Assembly (NCBI GenBank): GCA_051362555.1
Contig: CM120640.1
Coordinates: 57,390,788 to 57,454,787, forward strand
Length of the DNA stretch: 64,000 nt
DNA from: Lingula anatina
Taxonomy: Eukaryota; Animalia; Brachiopoda
Direction of reading: 5' to 3'
The position numbers were made by a program, and so were the translations under genes. The number at the start of each line of letters is the position of its first letter. The stretch's first letter is position 1. Positions 38,701 through 51,300 of this stretch are shown piece after piece. The notes under the pieces were generated by a model, which was not told the DNA's origin, did not search any database, and saw nothing but the letters and a program-made list of their open reading frames with translations.

Positions 38701-40089
38701 GCTGTGTTCATGATCATGATTGCATGCTACATCCAAATCTGTGTTTCACTCAAAGGCACAGGTCTAGTTAGTTTACACGACTCCAGAGTAACTAAAAGGA
38801 TGGCTGTTCTCATCTTTACGGACTTGATCTGTTGGCTGCCCATCATGATCCTTACCCTGGCAGCAGCTGGATTTGGACATGTCCTCATCGGTGCTACAGC
38901 AACCAAAGTGATGGCATTGTTTGTGTTCCCCCTGAATTGCTGTGCCAACCCACTCCTGTACATCACACTGACCAAGCAGTTCAGGCTGGACTGCATTAGT
39001 GTGTGTGGCAAGAAGAGGAATCATTACACGGACACTGAAGATTTTATCAGGGTCAACAAAACGTGTAACTTAAAGGACTATGTTGAGGATGGTTCAAATA
39101 CTACGAGATTGGAGCCTGATTCTGTGATGAAAATGAGAGTCAGTTGCTTCCATGACATGTCAGAAATAGATCATCTTCAGATTAGAGATTTAGATGAGGA
39201 TAGTGGGTGGGATGATGACTTACACCAGTGTTCAGACCATACTTATTATCACATTAGCAATGCACGTGAATGTTTCAACTCATTTCCAAAATCTGAAGTT
39301 CACAGTTGCAGAACTCATGCTGCAAGTAAGTGCTGCAACAAGGATAACTATCCTGCTAGAGGAGGAACTCCGTATGAAGAGACCATCCCCTTGAAAGAGC
39401 TTAATTACAGCCAAATTCCAAATTCAGATTCAGACCTTTGGGAGAGGAGACATGCCTCGAGCAGATTCCCCATTGGTGGGAACAGATATGAGAAATGTTG
39501 GCAAAGGAAAATTGAAGTTCAGATGAATCCATATGATGGAGACAACAAAGATGAACAAAATTATGTTCCAATGTTAGATAGTACCAGCATGCTAAATGGA
39601 GACGGACATTCACTGTATCTGAATTTCCCAAACAAAGAGACAGAGTACTTATCTCGTGAAAGTCATAATGTTTCCCTTTGTGAAGGCAAACCACCTGAAT
39701 GCTTAAGTAAAACTATTCATCCCAGTCACATGACACCATTTAATGTTGGTTTGTATCCCCCCAAGAAACAACAGGCATTGTCCCCAAACTACCTCCTGTA
39801 CGACCCAGAACACAACGAAACACAGGATCAAATATCACCTCTTCAATCTCATCCAAAGTCCATCTCTAGACAGTATATGAATATTGGAAAGTATCCCCTT
39901 GATGTCCAGTGTGTTGGTGAGGATGAGGGGATGTCTTCTTCTTCCTCATCTGTGGCATTGCAGAGAGACTCTGGGTATAGTGTGTCTGGTTCTGGCTGTG
40001 ATTCTTCAGACTCTTGTTCAAATACAGAAATGGAACTCGCACAGCATCAAAAGAAAGAAATCATTGTGGATTGTTGTTCTACAATTTAA
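10197..40089 (+). CDS. Type-B leucine-rich-repeat GPCR (LGR4/5/6-like or bursicon receptor-like), 20 exons, 1215 aa
   Basis: Exons 10197-10408, 20472-20543, 24768-24839, 25097-25168, 28798-28941, 30441-30512, 31106-31177, 31752-31820, 32085-32228, 32499-32639, 32902-32967, 33200-33343, 33581-33652, 33960-34134, 34398-34461, 34864-34965, 35240-35467, 35894-36073, 36321-36446 and 38669-40089 are GT-AG and total 3648 nt. Signal peptide, LRRNT (CPSACTC...DCS), about 18 LRRs on 66-144 nt phase-2 exons, hinge YTYHCC...CTPEPGPLMPC, 7TM with WWSLRVGVW, ICLPM, KRMAVLIFTD and NCCANPLLY, then a long C-tail. Confidence 0.93.
10699..10923. mobile_element. Harbinger-like MITE in LGR intron 1
   Basis: Same family as 2077-2320, and its first 170 bp is close to 20586-20770; flanked by TAA on both sides. 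Confidence 0.7.
19609..19846. mobile_element. GC-rich MITE
   Basis: TIR cagggccgtagcc / ggctacagccctg with G/C-run subterminal motifs in an AT-rich intron; no clear TSD. Confidence 0.7.
20886..21269. mobile_element. PIF/Harbinger-like foldback MITE
   Basis: Inverted arms of about 100 bp (ggctccgttcatatggaaaatctat...gccctggatacccc and complement); TTA TSD at 20883-20885 and 21270-21272. Confidence 0.88.
21981..22010. repeat. (CA)n microsatellite
   Basis: Direct read of the CA run. Confidence 0.95.
23521..23831. mobile_element. Foldback MITE with TWA flanks (Harbinger-like)
   Basis: Imperfect inverted arms of about 130 bp, gggaccattcaga... / ...tctgaatggtccc; flanked by TAA and TTA. Confidence 0.85.
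26599..26807. mobile_element. TAG...CTA-terminated foldback MITE (Academ-like) nested in HINE copy 2
   Basis: Inverted arms of about 90 bp, tagtcaggtggctcagtccaaat... / ...atttggactgagccgcctgacta; shares the aaaagcatgaaac motif with the TIR of 36655-38633. Confidence 0.75.
26805..28111 (+). repeat. Tandem array of nine 145-146 bp units
   Basis: Unit starts (ctacttttcaccatgaac or a close variant) at 26805, 26951, 27096, 27242, 27388, 27534, 27680, 27826 and 27972. Confidence 0.95.
32653..32707. repeat. (CA)n microsatellite
   Basis: Direct read of the CA run in LGR intron 10. Confidence 0.95.
36655..38633. mobile_element. Academ-like DNA transposon deletion derivative with long TIRs
   Basis: Imperfect TIRs of about 330 bp with TAG...CTA termini; TAA TSD at 36652-36654 and 38634-38636; internal transposase remnant. 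Confidence 0.8.
37770..38047 (+). pseudogene. Frameshifted C-terminal transposase remnant (Cys-rich, Academ-like)
   Basis: Across frameshifts it reads LDAI..STKAALHQ...GW...W/PKWTHLPKA/TCPELLQCACRCRCRG*QCARAK...CTYKG, resembling the PPT..AL.QH...GW...W..LP.A...C.ELL.CGC Cys-cluster tail I recall for Academ-type transposases. Confidence 0.65.
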
Positions 40090-42381
40090 TTTTGTTTGTG
40101 TAGCATTTAAAAAGCAAAATGGAACAAAAAACACTATGTTGCCAAAATTAAGCACTTAAGAAGTTTTTGATATTTATGTTATACATGTACCATATAATTT
40201 TTGTGCATTTAAATGTGAATAGCTCTTATAAGTTAATTTATACATTTCTGCATTTTATTTGAGAAAGCAACCAGTTTTAAACAGTTGTTACTGCATTAAT
40301 CTATTAGGTTTGTTGATGCAGAGCCAATATAATTATTTATTTATCTATTAAAGTTGCTGTTACACAAACACCATTCTGCAGTTTTGATTTCTGTTGTGGG
40401 GTCTTTGCTCAAAATAGCTATTCATTGTGGACTGGAATTCAAACGTTGAAATAAGACTGTTTTAATGCCTATTCCTATGGATGTTCAACTCTATGTTCAA
40501 GTCATCCATGCCTCTCTTTATCCTCCTTTTTAAACCCAATCTTAAAATGTCCCATGCTATACAGTGGAGTGCTACATTTTACCAATAAAAAAGTGACAAA
40601 GTCCTTGAACAACTGATTTAAGAACACTGAAAATAAAAATTACTTATTATCAAGTCAAGTAATACTGAATGAATGTTGCTAAAACAACATTTACCTAACC
40701 TTATACAAATACCTTTGCTGATGAAGTTTCCAGCAAATATCTTGCTGCTTCATCTGAGGACAGGTGTTATTAAGGCAGGACTTCACATGCTAATAAATGT
40801 CGTAATTGGATAAGAATGACCATGAAAAGCACAAAATATAATGCCAGGAAATTGGACCTTTCACAGAAAATTTCATGCTTAAAGATACATAAAGTGAGTG
40901 CGAATTTTCAGTAACACATATAAACCCATTCTACTAGTTTCTTATACAATTAAAAGTTGACATGCCATGCTATTAAACCAAGTTACCCGACTTCAGACAA
41001 AAATAGCTTTATAACTACAACTTAACATTTTTGTAAATAAGTTGGTTCTTCAGTTCATAAGTCTGCTTCATTATGTAGTACTTCACATGCACTGCATAAC
41101 CATCACTATTACTCCCATGTATGGATGTATAGCTGTGTGTGCAATTGCATACTTGTTCAAATGAGCCTGCTGAGGGATATTTATAGCACATAAAGAAGAA
41201 AATCTGTTCATATAGATTATTTTTCGGGGAAATATGAAACGATGTGCTCTGCTATTTCTCTAATTATACTGTTTGAAGCAAAAGTGGAGTTTGGTGCCGT
41301 TTTGTGGCAAAATTTGACTCTAAGTGCATCTTTAAGGTTCCAATCTAAAGGGCACCTTTTTGTTTTTCTTCAAGGGCCAACATCTGTTCCTCCATAGACT
41401 TCTATAGCATATAAAACCTGAAAGCTTTTGGGATTCAGTCACCCAAAGGCAAAAATTGTACATTATTGTGACATTAACAGTAGTACACACAATGTAATTT
41501 TAATTTCTTTACCTCCCTTGCATCACTCTCCACCTCTCTTGAATCATTCACCAGAATTTTGAGTTATGCCTTCACTCTCCAATTAATCTTATGGACAGCA
41601 TTGAAGAAACTTGGCTCTGTTGGATAACTCCACAACCCTTCAAATGTTTCAAGGAAAATCTTAACAGAAAGAAACAATGCTCTAGTTTGGTCCTTAATCT
41701 TGGGGACAATTATAAATAGGTAATTGCATAAACTTCATATTAGTCGATATAATAAAATGCAAGTCATAATTGTCAATGGTTAGCCATTTATTTACCGTTT
41801 AATGCATAAAAAGTGCACTATTTACACTGTACTGTACAATTATAGAAAAGAACCGGTCAATGATTTATGACAATTCCTACAAGAGGCCATTAGCCCACAA
41901 TGAATACAAACCCTCGAGTCTTTGTGACAGAAGACCCTGAGATTTACTACACATAATAATTGTTATTACACTTTAAATAATCCTCAAAGCTTCTAATACC
42001 TTGACAAAATTGACATAATTGTATTTGTATCAAACTTAATCCACTTCATATCACTGTCAGTAAATAAGCAACCACAACATTTCACAAGAGTTTGTGAAAT
42101 GAGCTCATTTACAGTAATAAATGTATAAAAACTGAAGAAATGGCTGCAAATTCACCATCTATGAAATATGTTCTCCATTGATCTTGACGTTAAATTTTAA
42201 AAAACTGTCTATTACGGAAATTGCAAAACATGATGAAATACTAATAACTGTCACTTCTGACAGATGTGAAGTTTCATTTTTAAACAGTTTAAATCTTGTT
42301 TCTTCTTTCCAACAATAGTTTTAGTCAATAATTTTTATCATGCAGACTCCATAAAAACTGGCACCATGACCACTGCTGAGT

Positions 42382-45300
42382 TCAGAACTGCATCCCAGAG
42401 GCAGCAAAAGCATGCAGATTACCCATCTGACTTAAACCACTCTGAATATGGTTGATATGTATCTCAACACTATTCTGGAAACACCTGATTAAGAAAGAAT
42501 AAAACATATTACGGTGAAAAGAACAGCTAAAAATGACTTGGATTTTTGGGTTCAAATGTTTACGTAATAACAAACCATTCAAAACTTTGAAAATCAATTT
42601 TAACTAGAGGATCAGAGAGGCGATACCGCCTCCAGATATTGTACCACCAGCTGGAGTAAGCGCATTCGTATGGAAAACCAAAAACATACAGGAACAACTA
42701 CCAGTGTTGTGTTTGACAAGCTCTTCAAAATGCAATAAACAAGACAAGAAATATGCCCCCTCCCCCAAAATAAAAAAAACAGCACAACTTTTATAAAAAT
42801 CGTCTGATCAAGCTGATTTTCAAGACAATAGGCTTGTCAGTTTTCTTTAAAATGCATTATCAGTGTTGCATATATATTGAAAGAAAGAAATAGGCCTATC
42901 TCTGCCAGTTTTAGAAATATAAGGGATAGAAAATTTGCAAAGTTCAGTTCATGGTGAAAAGAAGGTCAAAGGTCAATTTAAATGTGACAGTTAGATGTCC
43001 AGCATATGACTTCCTATTCAAGTTCAAAAGTAACCATGCGTGTATCTCTGCCAGTATTGGAGATAAAAGGGATGGAAAAATTGCAAAGTTCTGTGCATGG
43101 TGAAAAGTAGGTCAAAGGTCAATTGCAAGGTCACATTTAGATTGTCAGTAAGTGACTTCCTATTCAAGTTCAATAGTAACTATGGGTGTATCTCTGCTAG
43201 TTTTGGTGATATAAGGGATGGAAAAATTACAAAGTTTAGTTCATGGTGAAAAGTAGGTAAAAGGTCAATTACAAGGTCACAGTTAGATTGCCAGTATATG
43301 ACTTCCTATTCAAGTTCAATAGTAACTATGGGTGTATCTCAGTTACTTTTGGAGTATTTCACATTTTATTTTCACCACTGAATATTGCTCAGCTGTGCTT
43401 TTTGATATAGCACAACTCCTTGACTGTATCGCAAACAAAAAAATGGACACCACCTTCAGTACTGCGCTTGACAAGCTCTACATAATGCAACAAGGCAGCA
43501 AAGCTGTCAAATGTACAGACAAAAAACAGGAAATAACTATGCACAAAATAGGCTACTGTCAATTCTGATGCAAAAGTACATTATGTTAAACTGCAAATTC
43601 AACATCAAATTTTAATTATGCTCAACAGGTAATACCAATGTAAGTAAAATGTGTAACAAGTTCACACTTTGTATATGTATAACTTCCAGAAAAAGAAGCC
43701 AATTAGACTGCTTTTCCAACTCAGGCTGCATTTAAGTCCTGTATTTCTTTTATTGAAAGTAAGGCAATCATAAGTAACATGATTTTCCCATAATGGTCCT
43801 CATGGCAGCAGTGCCCAAAATACTTTTTTTCAAATTTTGATGCAATATTACATAATGTTTAACAGCATAATGACCATCAATTTTAATAATAAAATATTAG
43901 TATTATGGATATTCAGAAAATGTGACTAGCAAAGGTCTTCAGGCCCATGGAACTTCAAGTCACAACTTGAAAATGCCAAAATGTAAACAAGACAGCACTG
44001 TTCTGAAATGTTTTTTTTTTTATTTTTTATAATTTTTAACATAACACAAAATTAACAGTTTACTGCCGTTTTTATATGATCAACTAAGAAAATTGATGAG
44101 ATGGGGAAAATATCAATAGAGCAGTGTTAAATGTCCAATTTCTTCCATTCTGAGATTCTGAACATAGTGAATGATTGAATCTGACAAACTGCAATGATAT
44201 GAGTTTATTTCCATTTTTGAAACTTTATTACACAATACACGATAACAAGTTTACCATCATTTTTACATAATCAACTAATAATGTTGTAAAGATGCAGGAA
44301 ATGCCAAACAAACACTTTTACGTATCTTATTAATTAAATAATGAAACTGTTAACATGCCTAAGAACTGAATCTGAGGTAATGTGAAAAAACGGCATTTTT
44401 TTAAAATAATGGCCCGATTATGCTGTTTTTTTTAACTCAACCTGCGTTTTAGCAGGAATGACCACTCCTGTGAGTTTAATGACAATTGGCCTGTTTTTCT
44501 TATATTGTGTTTACAGTGTTGCATATATGCTGAAAAATGAAAAAACAGCATAACTACTAAAATAGTGGCCCGATCATGCTGATTTTCGAACTTGATCTGC
44601 ATTTTATGAATATTCATCAGCTCTGTAAATATACAGTCAAAAAGTAAAATTGCCTTCCACTTATCGTGTTTACAATGAAAGTGCACGGCACCAGCGACAG
44701 TGACGACGGCGACGACAGACGCAGGTGATGGCAATATGTACAGACACATCTGTACATATTTACTGTACTGTTTGAGAACAGTAAGTGACATGGTTTTTCT
44801 TAAATGCTCATCATGGGAGCAGTGCCCAAAATAGATTTTTTTCAAATTTTGATGCAATATTACATAATGTTTAACAGCATAATGACCATCAATTTCTAAT
44901 AATAAAATATTAGTATCATGGATATTCAGAAAATGTGACTAGCAAAGGTCTTCAGGCCCATGGAACTTCAAAGTCACAACTTGAAAATGCCAAAATGTAA
45001 ACAAGACAGCACTGTTCTGAAATGTTTTTTTTTTTTTCCATTTTTAACAATTTTTTAAACATAAAACAAAATTAACAGGTTACTGCCATTTTTATACGAT
45101 CAACTAAGAAAATTGATGAGATGGGAAAAATATCAATACAACAGTGTTAAATGTCCAATTTCCTCCATTCTGAGATTCTGAACATAGTGAATGATTAAAT
45201 CTGACAAACTGCAATGATATGAGTTTGTTTCCATTTTTGAAACTTTATTACACAATACAAGATAACAAGTTTACCATCATTTTTACATAATCAACTAATA

Positions 45301-48300
45301 ATGTTGTAAAGATGCAGGAAATGTCAACCAAACACTTTTACATGTCTTATTAGTTAAATAATAAGACTGTTAACATGCCTAAGAATTGAATCTGAGGAAA
45401 TGTGAAACAAGACAGCACTGTTCTGACATGGGTTTATTTCCATTTTTAACACTTTTTTAACATAAAACAAAATAAACAGTTTACTGCCATTTTTATAGCA
45501 TCAACTAAGATAATTGATGAGATGGGAAAATATCAATAGAATAGTGTTAAATGTCCAATTTCCTCCATTCTGAGATTCTGAACATAGTGAATGATTGAAT
45601 CTGACAAACTGCAATGATATGAGTTTATTTCCATTTTTGACACTTTATTACACAATACACGATAACAAGTTTACCATCATTTTTACATAATCTACTAACA
45701 ATGTTGTAAAGATGCAGGAAATGTCAAACAAACACTTTAATGTATCTTATTAGTAAAATAATAAGACTGTTAACATGCCTAAGAATTGAATCTGAGGAAA
45801 TGTGAAAAAACAGCATAACTTCTAAAATAATGGCCCGATTATGCTGATTTTCGAACTCAACCTGCGTTTTAGTAAGATTGACCACTCCTGTGAGTTTAAT
45901 GACAATTGGCCCATCTGTTTTTCTTAAATTGTGTTTACAGTGTTGCACATATGCTGAAAAAAGGAAAAAACAGCATAACTACTAAAATAGTGGCCCGATC
46001 ATGCCCATTTTCGGACTTGACCTGCGTTTTAAAAAGATTGATTACTTCTCTGAGTTTCATGACAACAGGCCTAACGGTTTTCCTTAAAATGTGTTTACAG
46101 GGTTGCATATATGCTGAAAAGTGAAAAAACAGCATAACTTCTACAATAATGGCCCGATCATGCTGATTTTCGAACTTGACCTGCGTTTTATGAATATTCA
46201 TCAGCTCTGTAAATATAAAACCAAAAAATAAAACTGTGTTCCACTTATCGTGTTTACAGTGAAAGTGCACGGCGACGGCATCGCCATCGGCATCGGCATC
46301 GGCATCGGCGACGACGGCGACGACAGACACAGGTGATGGCAATATGTACAGACACATCTGTGTCTGTACATAAAAAACAAGAGGTCTCTAGCATTTACGG
46401 TTCCAGAATTAGGGAGAGTTTTCAGTTTCTCCCATGAAAATGCACCGATTGACCCCATCCCCCCAAAGATGAAAGGAGTACCCTAATTGCATCCCCTCAC
46501 TATAATATAAGTGCCAAACTCTGTGTAGTTTCTGAAATTCAGCACAAATAAAAGTTCTTTTGCAAAAAATTCCTATTTTTAGAAAATTTTGGCCTGTTTG
46601 ACCTTGAAAAAAAGGTCAAAGGTCAAATCCAAAGGCATATTTGAAATCCTCATGTATGACTTTCGGTCAGACTTCTATACTAATTTATCCCATAATTCCT
46701 TCCGTTTAAGAGATATATAGCATTGAAGTTTCAAAAAATTTGACAAGGGTGCATTTCATCGAGTGTCACGCCCAAGCAAATGCACCGACTGAGACAAAAA
46801 GGGGGTTCAAGTTGAGATTATATGTGACCTAAATCCAAGAGATGGGGGCAAAGGTCCGTGCGGTCTAGGAGGAGAAGCGGTAATGGTGACTTGTATCCCA
46901 CGCCACCCTGCGGAGCCGGCGGAGCTCACGGAGCTGTACGATATGGGTCGGGACTAAGACCATGAGTACCGCCAGCATACACGCTGGTGGTACTAATTAA
47001 ACTTGATGGGCTAAATGCCTACTTGGATAATAATACCCAACTTAAAAAGGAAGAGGATAAAAACAGTCAAACTGAAACTACAAAACCAGCAAATAACCAA
47101 CAATTTTCAACTTTTCTGACTTACAAAGAGTTTGCAGGATTAATGGTCTCCTTGACTTCTGCTAGTGAATCTTGAAGTGAACGGAATTCGAAGGAATTCA
47201 TGTCAGATTCAGCAAATGTCTGAAAGCAATGTTTATAAGTTTGGTAAAAACATGCAATGCATTATTGTATGGTTTTAACACAGGTAATTTGTGCACAACT
47301 TCAACCAGGGAATATTTGCTTGCCAGTGTTAATAAAAACCTTTTTTACATTTAATATACATACTTACTTTGATCTGCATCATCATAGATGTCAGTTTCGT
47401 CACCAAATCCAGCATCTTCTCACTTCTGACCTGACGCCTGGCAACCTATCAAACACAATTCTTATCAAACTGTAGGTAGGAAGAATAGGTGATCACAAAC
47501 AAACTACTGGTAACTTTTGCTGGTGCATTTTCCAAATAACTTTCAGAAAGTAACACTACAATATCTATAAAATTGTTTTGCCATATTTCATAGTAAAAAT
47601 TATTAATCACACCACCATGATAATTGCAACAACAGGACTGAAAAAATCAGTATAGAATGCTCATATAATTTAGGACATAGTCAAATATCCACATTATGCA
47701 TACATAAACAAGGTAATAACAATGTTACCTGTGACAGGTTGATGGTCCTGACCAGATCCTCTGCTTCCTCTTCTGTCCTACGCTTGATCTCACTGGGTTG
47801 GTCTAATGCAGGCAACCCCTGGTCTGGGGCCAACTATACAAAAAGAATTTGCAGTTAAAAAAACAACCATATACTTAACAGAACTGCCACATAATATATA
47901 AATTTATCTTACAAAATAAATTATAAATAAAATAAAATGGACTGTGAATTCTGTGACATCTATACCAGATGTGGAAGAGTTTTACTGCAATTTTGTTCTA
48001 GTGCCAACTTATAAAGATTGAAATGAAAAGCCCTCACCTGTTGACAGAACTGCTGCACTCCCACCAAGTAGTCATTTAGGTCCTTATTCAACTTATCCAG
48101 CTCCAGAATAAGCCCTGCATACTTTTTCTGGAACTCCATTGTCAGGGGCTCTTGGTATGACTTCTGGAATGCATCAAAATTGATTTTGAAGCTTTCATCA
48201 TTTCATTCATCAAGCAAAGACCAATTACATTGTAGTGCTTATAGGAATAATACATTCCTCCAGCCACTTATTTGACATTCAATGGTAAAATCTGAATTTC

Positions 48301-51300
48301 ATTTGGTAAATATAGGTATATAACTTCAGGAAAGTGGAAATTGTAAATTCGAATGTACATCATACCAATTTTTCCGCTTGTGTATTCATGTCTTTCAACT
48401 GTTTTAAACATTCTTTCTTCACCATCAGAATCTTTGATAATCTTGTCTGAAAAACAGGTAATGAACGCTTTATAAAGGTATCATATGAAAAAACTGTTAC
48501 TCACTAAAATATTTTTTGTTGTCAGCTCTCAAACCTATCTGTAACACCTGTGCCATAAAATACACCGTTTTGCAGTAAATACAAGTTGGTACCATCTAGG
48601 AATCATTTGGGTATTTTCAGCTAACCAATACAGGATTTGTTGGTGTTGCAATTCCGTTTAAATGGAGATGATGGCATGCCAGGATGGGAACAAAATGCTT
48701 TGATACCTTGCACACTATACACAGTAACTTACCACTAAAACAAGAAATTTTATAGGAAAACCACCATATGTGCCACTGTCTAGAGGCATTACTCTGCCTT
48801 TTAATGGTGAAGATCCAAGAAGAGGGTCATTATCCTGCAATTAAATAGATCACCTTTCTCAAAACACATCATGAGAATTACACTTGACATAAAATAAATG
48901 ACCAGATCAAACAACAAGAATTCTTTTATAAAGCAACCGTTTTATTATTTGGACCTTTAACTGTTCATTTAATTCACAATTAAATACAAAATTAATTTAT
49001 TGGAACGCATGTCATTAATTAATTAAAATTGGGAACTGTCTTTTTCTTACCAAAGTGGGGGATCCTGGTAAAAATCTTGGTGGTGAAAAAAGATTTTGTT
49101 GCCTGGGCCTATGTTTCTGCTGAAATGCTGACAGTGGGATGGTTTCTTGGGGGTCATTGCTCTGGAATACACACAACTCTCCAACTTAGCACTCAAAAAT
49201 TGCACACAAATCACTTCATGGCACATAAAGCCTCTTATCATAAAATTTGTCAGTTCTATTTTCTTGCATATTTAATTTTGTGATAAAGGTCTTTCAAACA
49301 ACACATTAGCAAAAAATAAAAATATCACTTACCCACCACCAAAGCTCCATTAATCTAAATGCAACATAAACTTACCAGTACTTCAAAATCTGGGATTGAA
49401 TGTGTCCCTAGGCCCTGTCTGTCAAATGTGATTCTGTAAGTATTGGACACAGTGTCCAGAGCTTCAACTGACCCAGTAAACAGCCCATCTTGAGGACATC
49501 GCAGACGTGCTACAAAAAGATTTTAAAATCTCATGAAATCTATTAAAAACACAAATGCAATAAATCAAAAATATTTCTGCTATGACTGGATCGATAAAAC
49601 ATTTGGCAATCATGTGGCAATCATGAAGAAATTTACAGGAAAGATAACTCTTGCCCAATGATGACAACTTCAGTGGAACAACGCCGTGTGTTAATCTATC
49701 ATAATTTTGTTATCAACAAAAAGAATGTTGTTGAAAAACAAAATTTCCCTCTGCAAACACTGGCCAAAATTTTGTGTTTACCTGTGACTTTGGTCCCTAT
49801 CACAAGAGGCATTGGGATTTCATCTGGCATGTCCTTAAAACTTAACAGCTCATTTAGTTTTCTCTGCTGAAGAAGTCTTATCTTTGCCCTTCTTGCTTCT
49901 AGTGCTGCCCTCTCCTCAGCAAAAAATGCTGAAGAACACCTACAGCAAAGAAGAGGAACTGTCTTAGATCTTTATCTCATTAAGATTATCTTCCTAAGTG
50001 ATAAGAATTATCAGGAATACCATAGTGCATTTACAGGGATAATCCTGGGCAGCGCGATTGCGCCAAATGTGCAAGCCTTTTCTCAAAGGTGCAAGTAAAA
50101 ACCCGCGCCATTTTGGCGCGTACAAATAGCAGAAACTTTTTTTCATAATAAAGATCTCCCTACATTATGATGTCACTTGAAGTGCGCGTAGAGATGTTGA
50201 GAGGGCTGACATGAGACCCGTTTCACAAAAATTTATCGAAACTGAAACAAGTACGGTGCTAAATGAAATTAAATCATAGTCCAAGAGTTCAACACTGAAC
50301 TTCATCAACATGTTTCACACTTACTAGTTCTTGAGGACAGTAAACTAAATAGTAAATGAAACACTAAAAAGTTATAAGTTGATTTACATTCCAATCAAGC
50401 ATTTCCTATAAAGTAACCTATCTTTGCCTACCTTCTTGGTTTCCCCATGAGACGCCTTATTTTACACCACTCCACTCTAGACATTTTACGCAGCTTGAGT
50501 TGAGGAAAAGTTTCTCGAAGACATATACAGAAATCATTCTCACCTCCAAACAAGACTCTGCAAAGAAACATCAAGAAAATAATATCTGAACATTAAAAAA
50601 AAATCTGCTAGTGCCTATTGTCATACTTTTGTTGGAGAAAAAAATACAAAGTTTGGGAGCGATGCCTATATTTCATCCAATAATATCTAATAATAGTATT
50701 AAAAATAATACAATAAAACAGAAACACCCAAAACATACAGTGCAGAGTTTTGGTAGATATTCACTGGTCAATGTTAGAACAGAACCACTAAAAATGCATT
50801 AATTAATTAATTGACGTATAGTTTAAGATTGACACTTACTGACATAGGTTTCCATAAAACCACTTATAACATAATCATTTGTGAGTTCAAGATTGATACT
50901 TACTGGTCAATGTTAGAATAGAACCATTCATAACACACCCACTTATGGGCTTTGGGTAACTTAAGTAAGTTTCTCAGCCTTACACCTATAGTGTGTGCTG
51001 CTCTTTTGTCAGGGGTGGTTAGTATACTTCTTGCCTTGGGAATGAAAAATATTGAAAATTAACCAATGTATCTTTAGAAAAGACAATAACATGAAATTGA
51101 TGATGAAGGAAAGGAATAAAGAAGATGGAAATCAAAATGGCATTTTCAAAGACTTCAAATTAAGCTAATAACTTATCAAAATTGTAACCACAAATAAGAT
51201 AACATGACGATAACTAATTGTGTCTAAATAAAATGTTGGCAATTTTTATTATATTTACTTACTGGAGAAGAATACTTTGTTTTCTTAGGTGGCATTCGCA

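Noticed and set aside
44432-46458. ORFs of 141 and 140 aa with DADADA repeats
   Set aside because: They lie inside the duplicated HINE-B element, and the repeat is its microsatellite read in frame; no recognisable domain.
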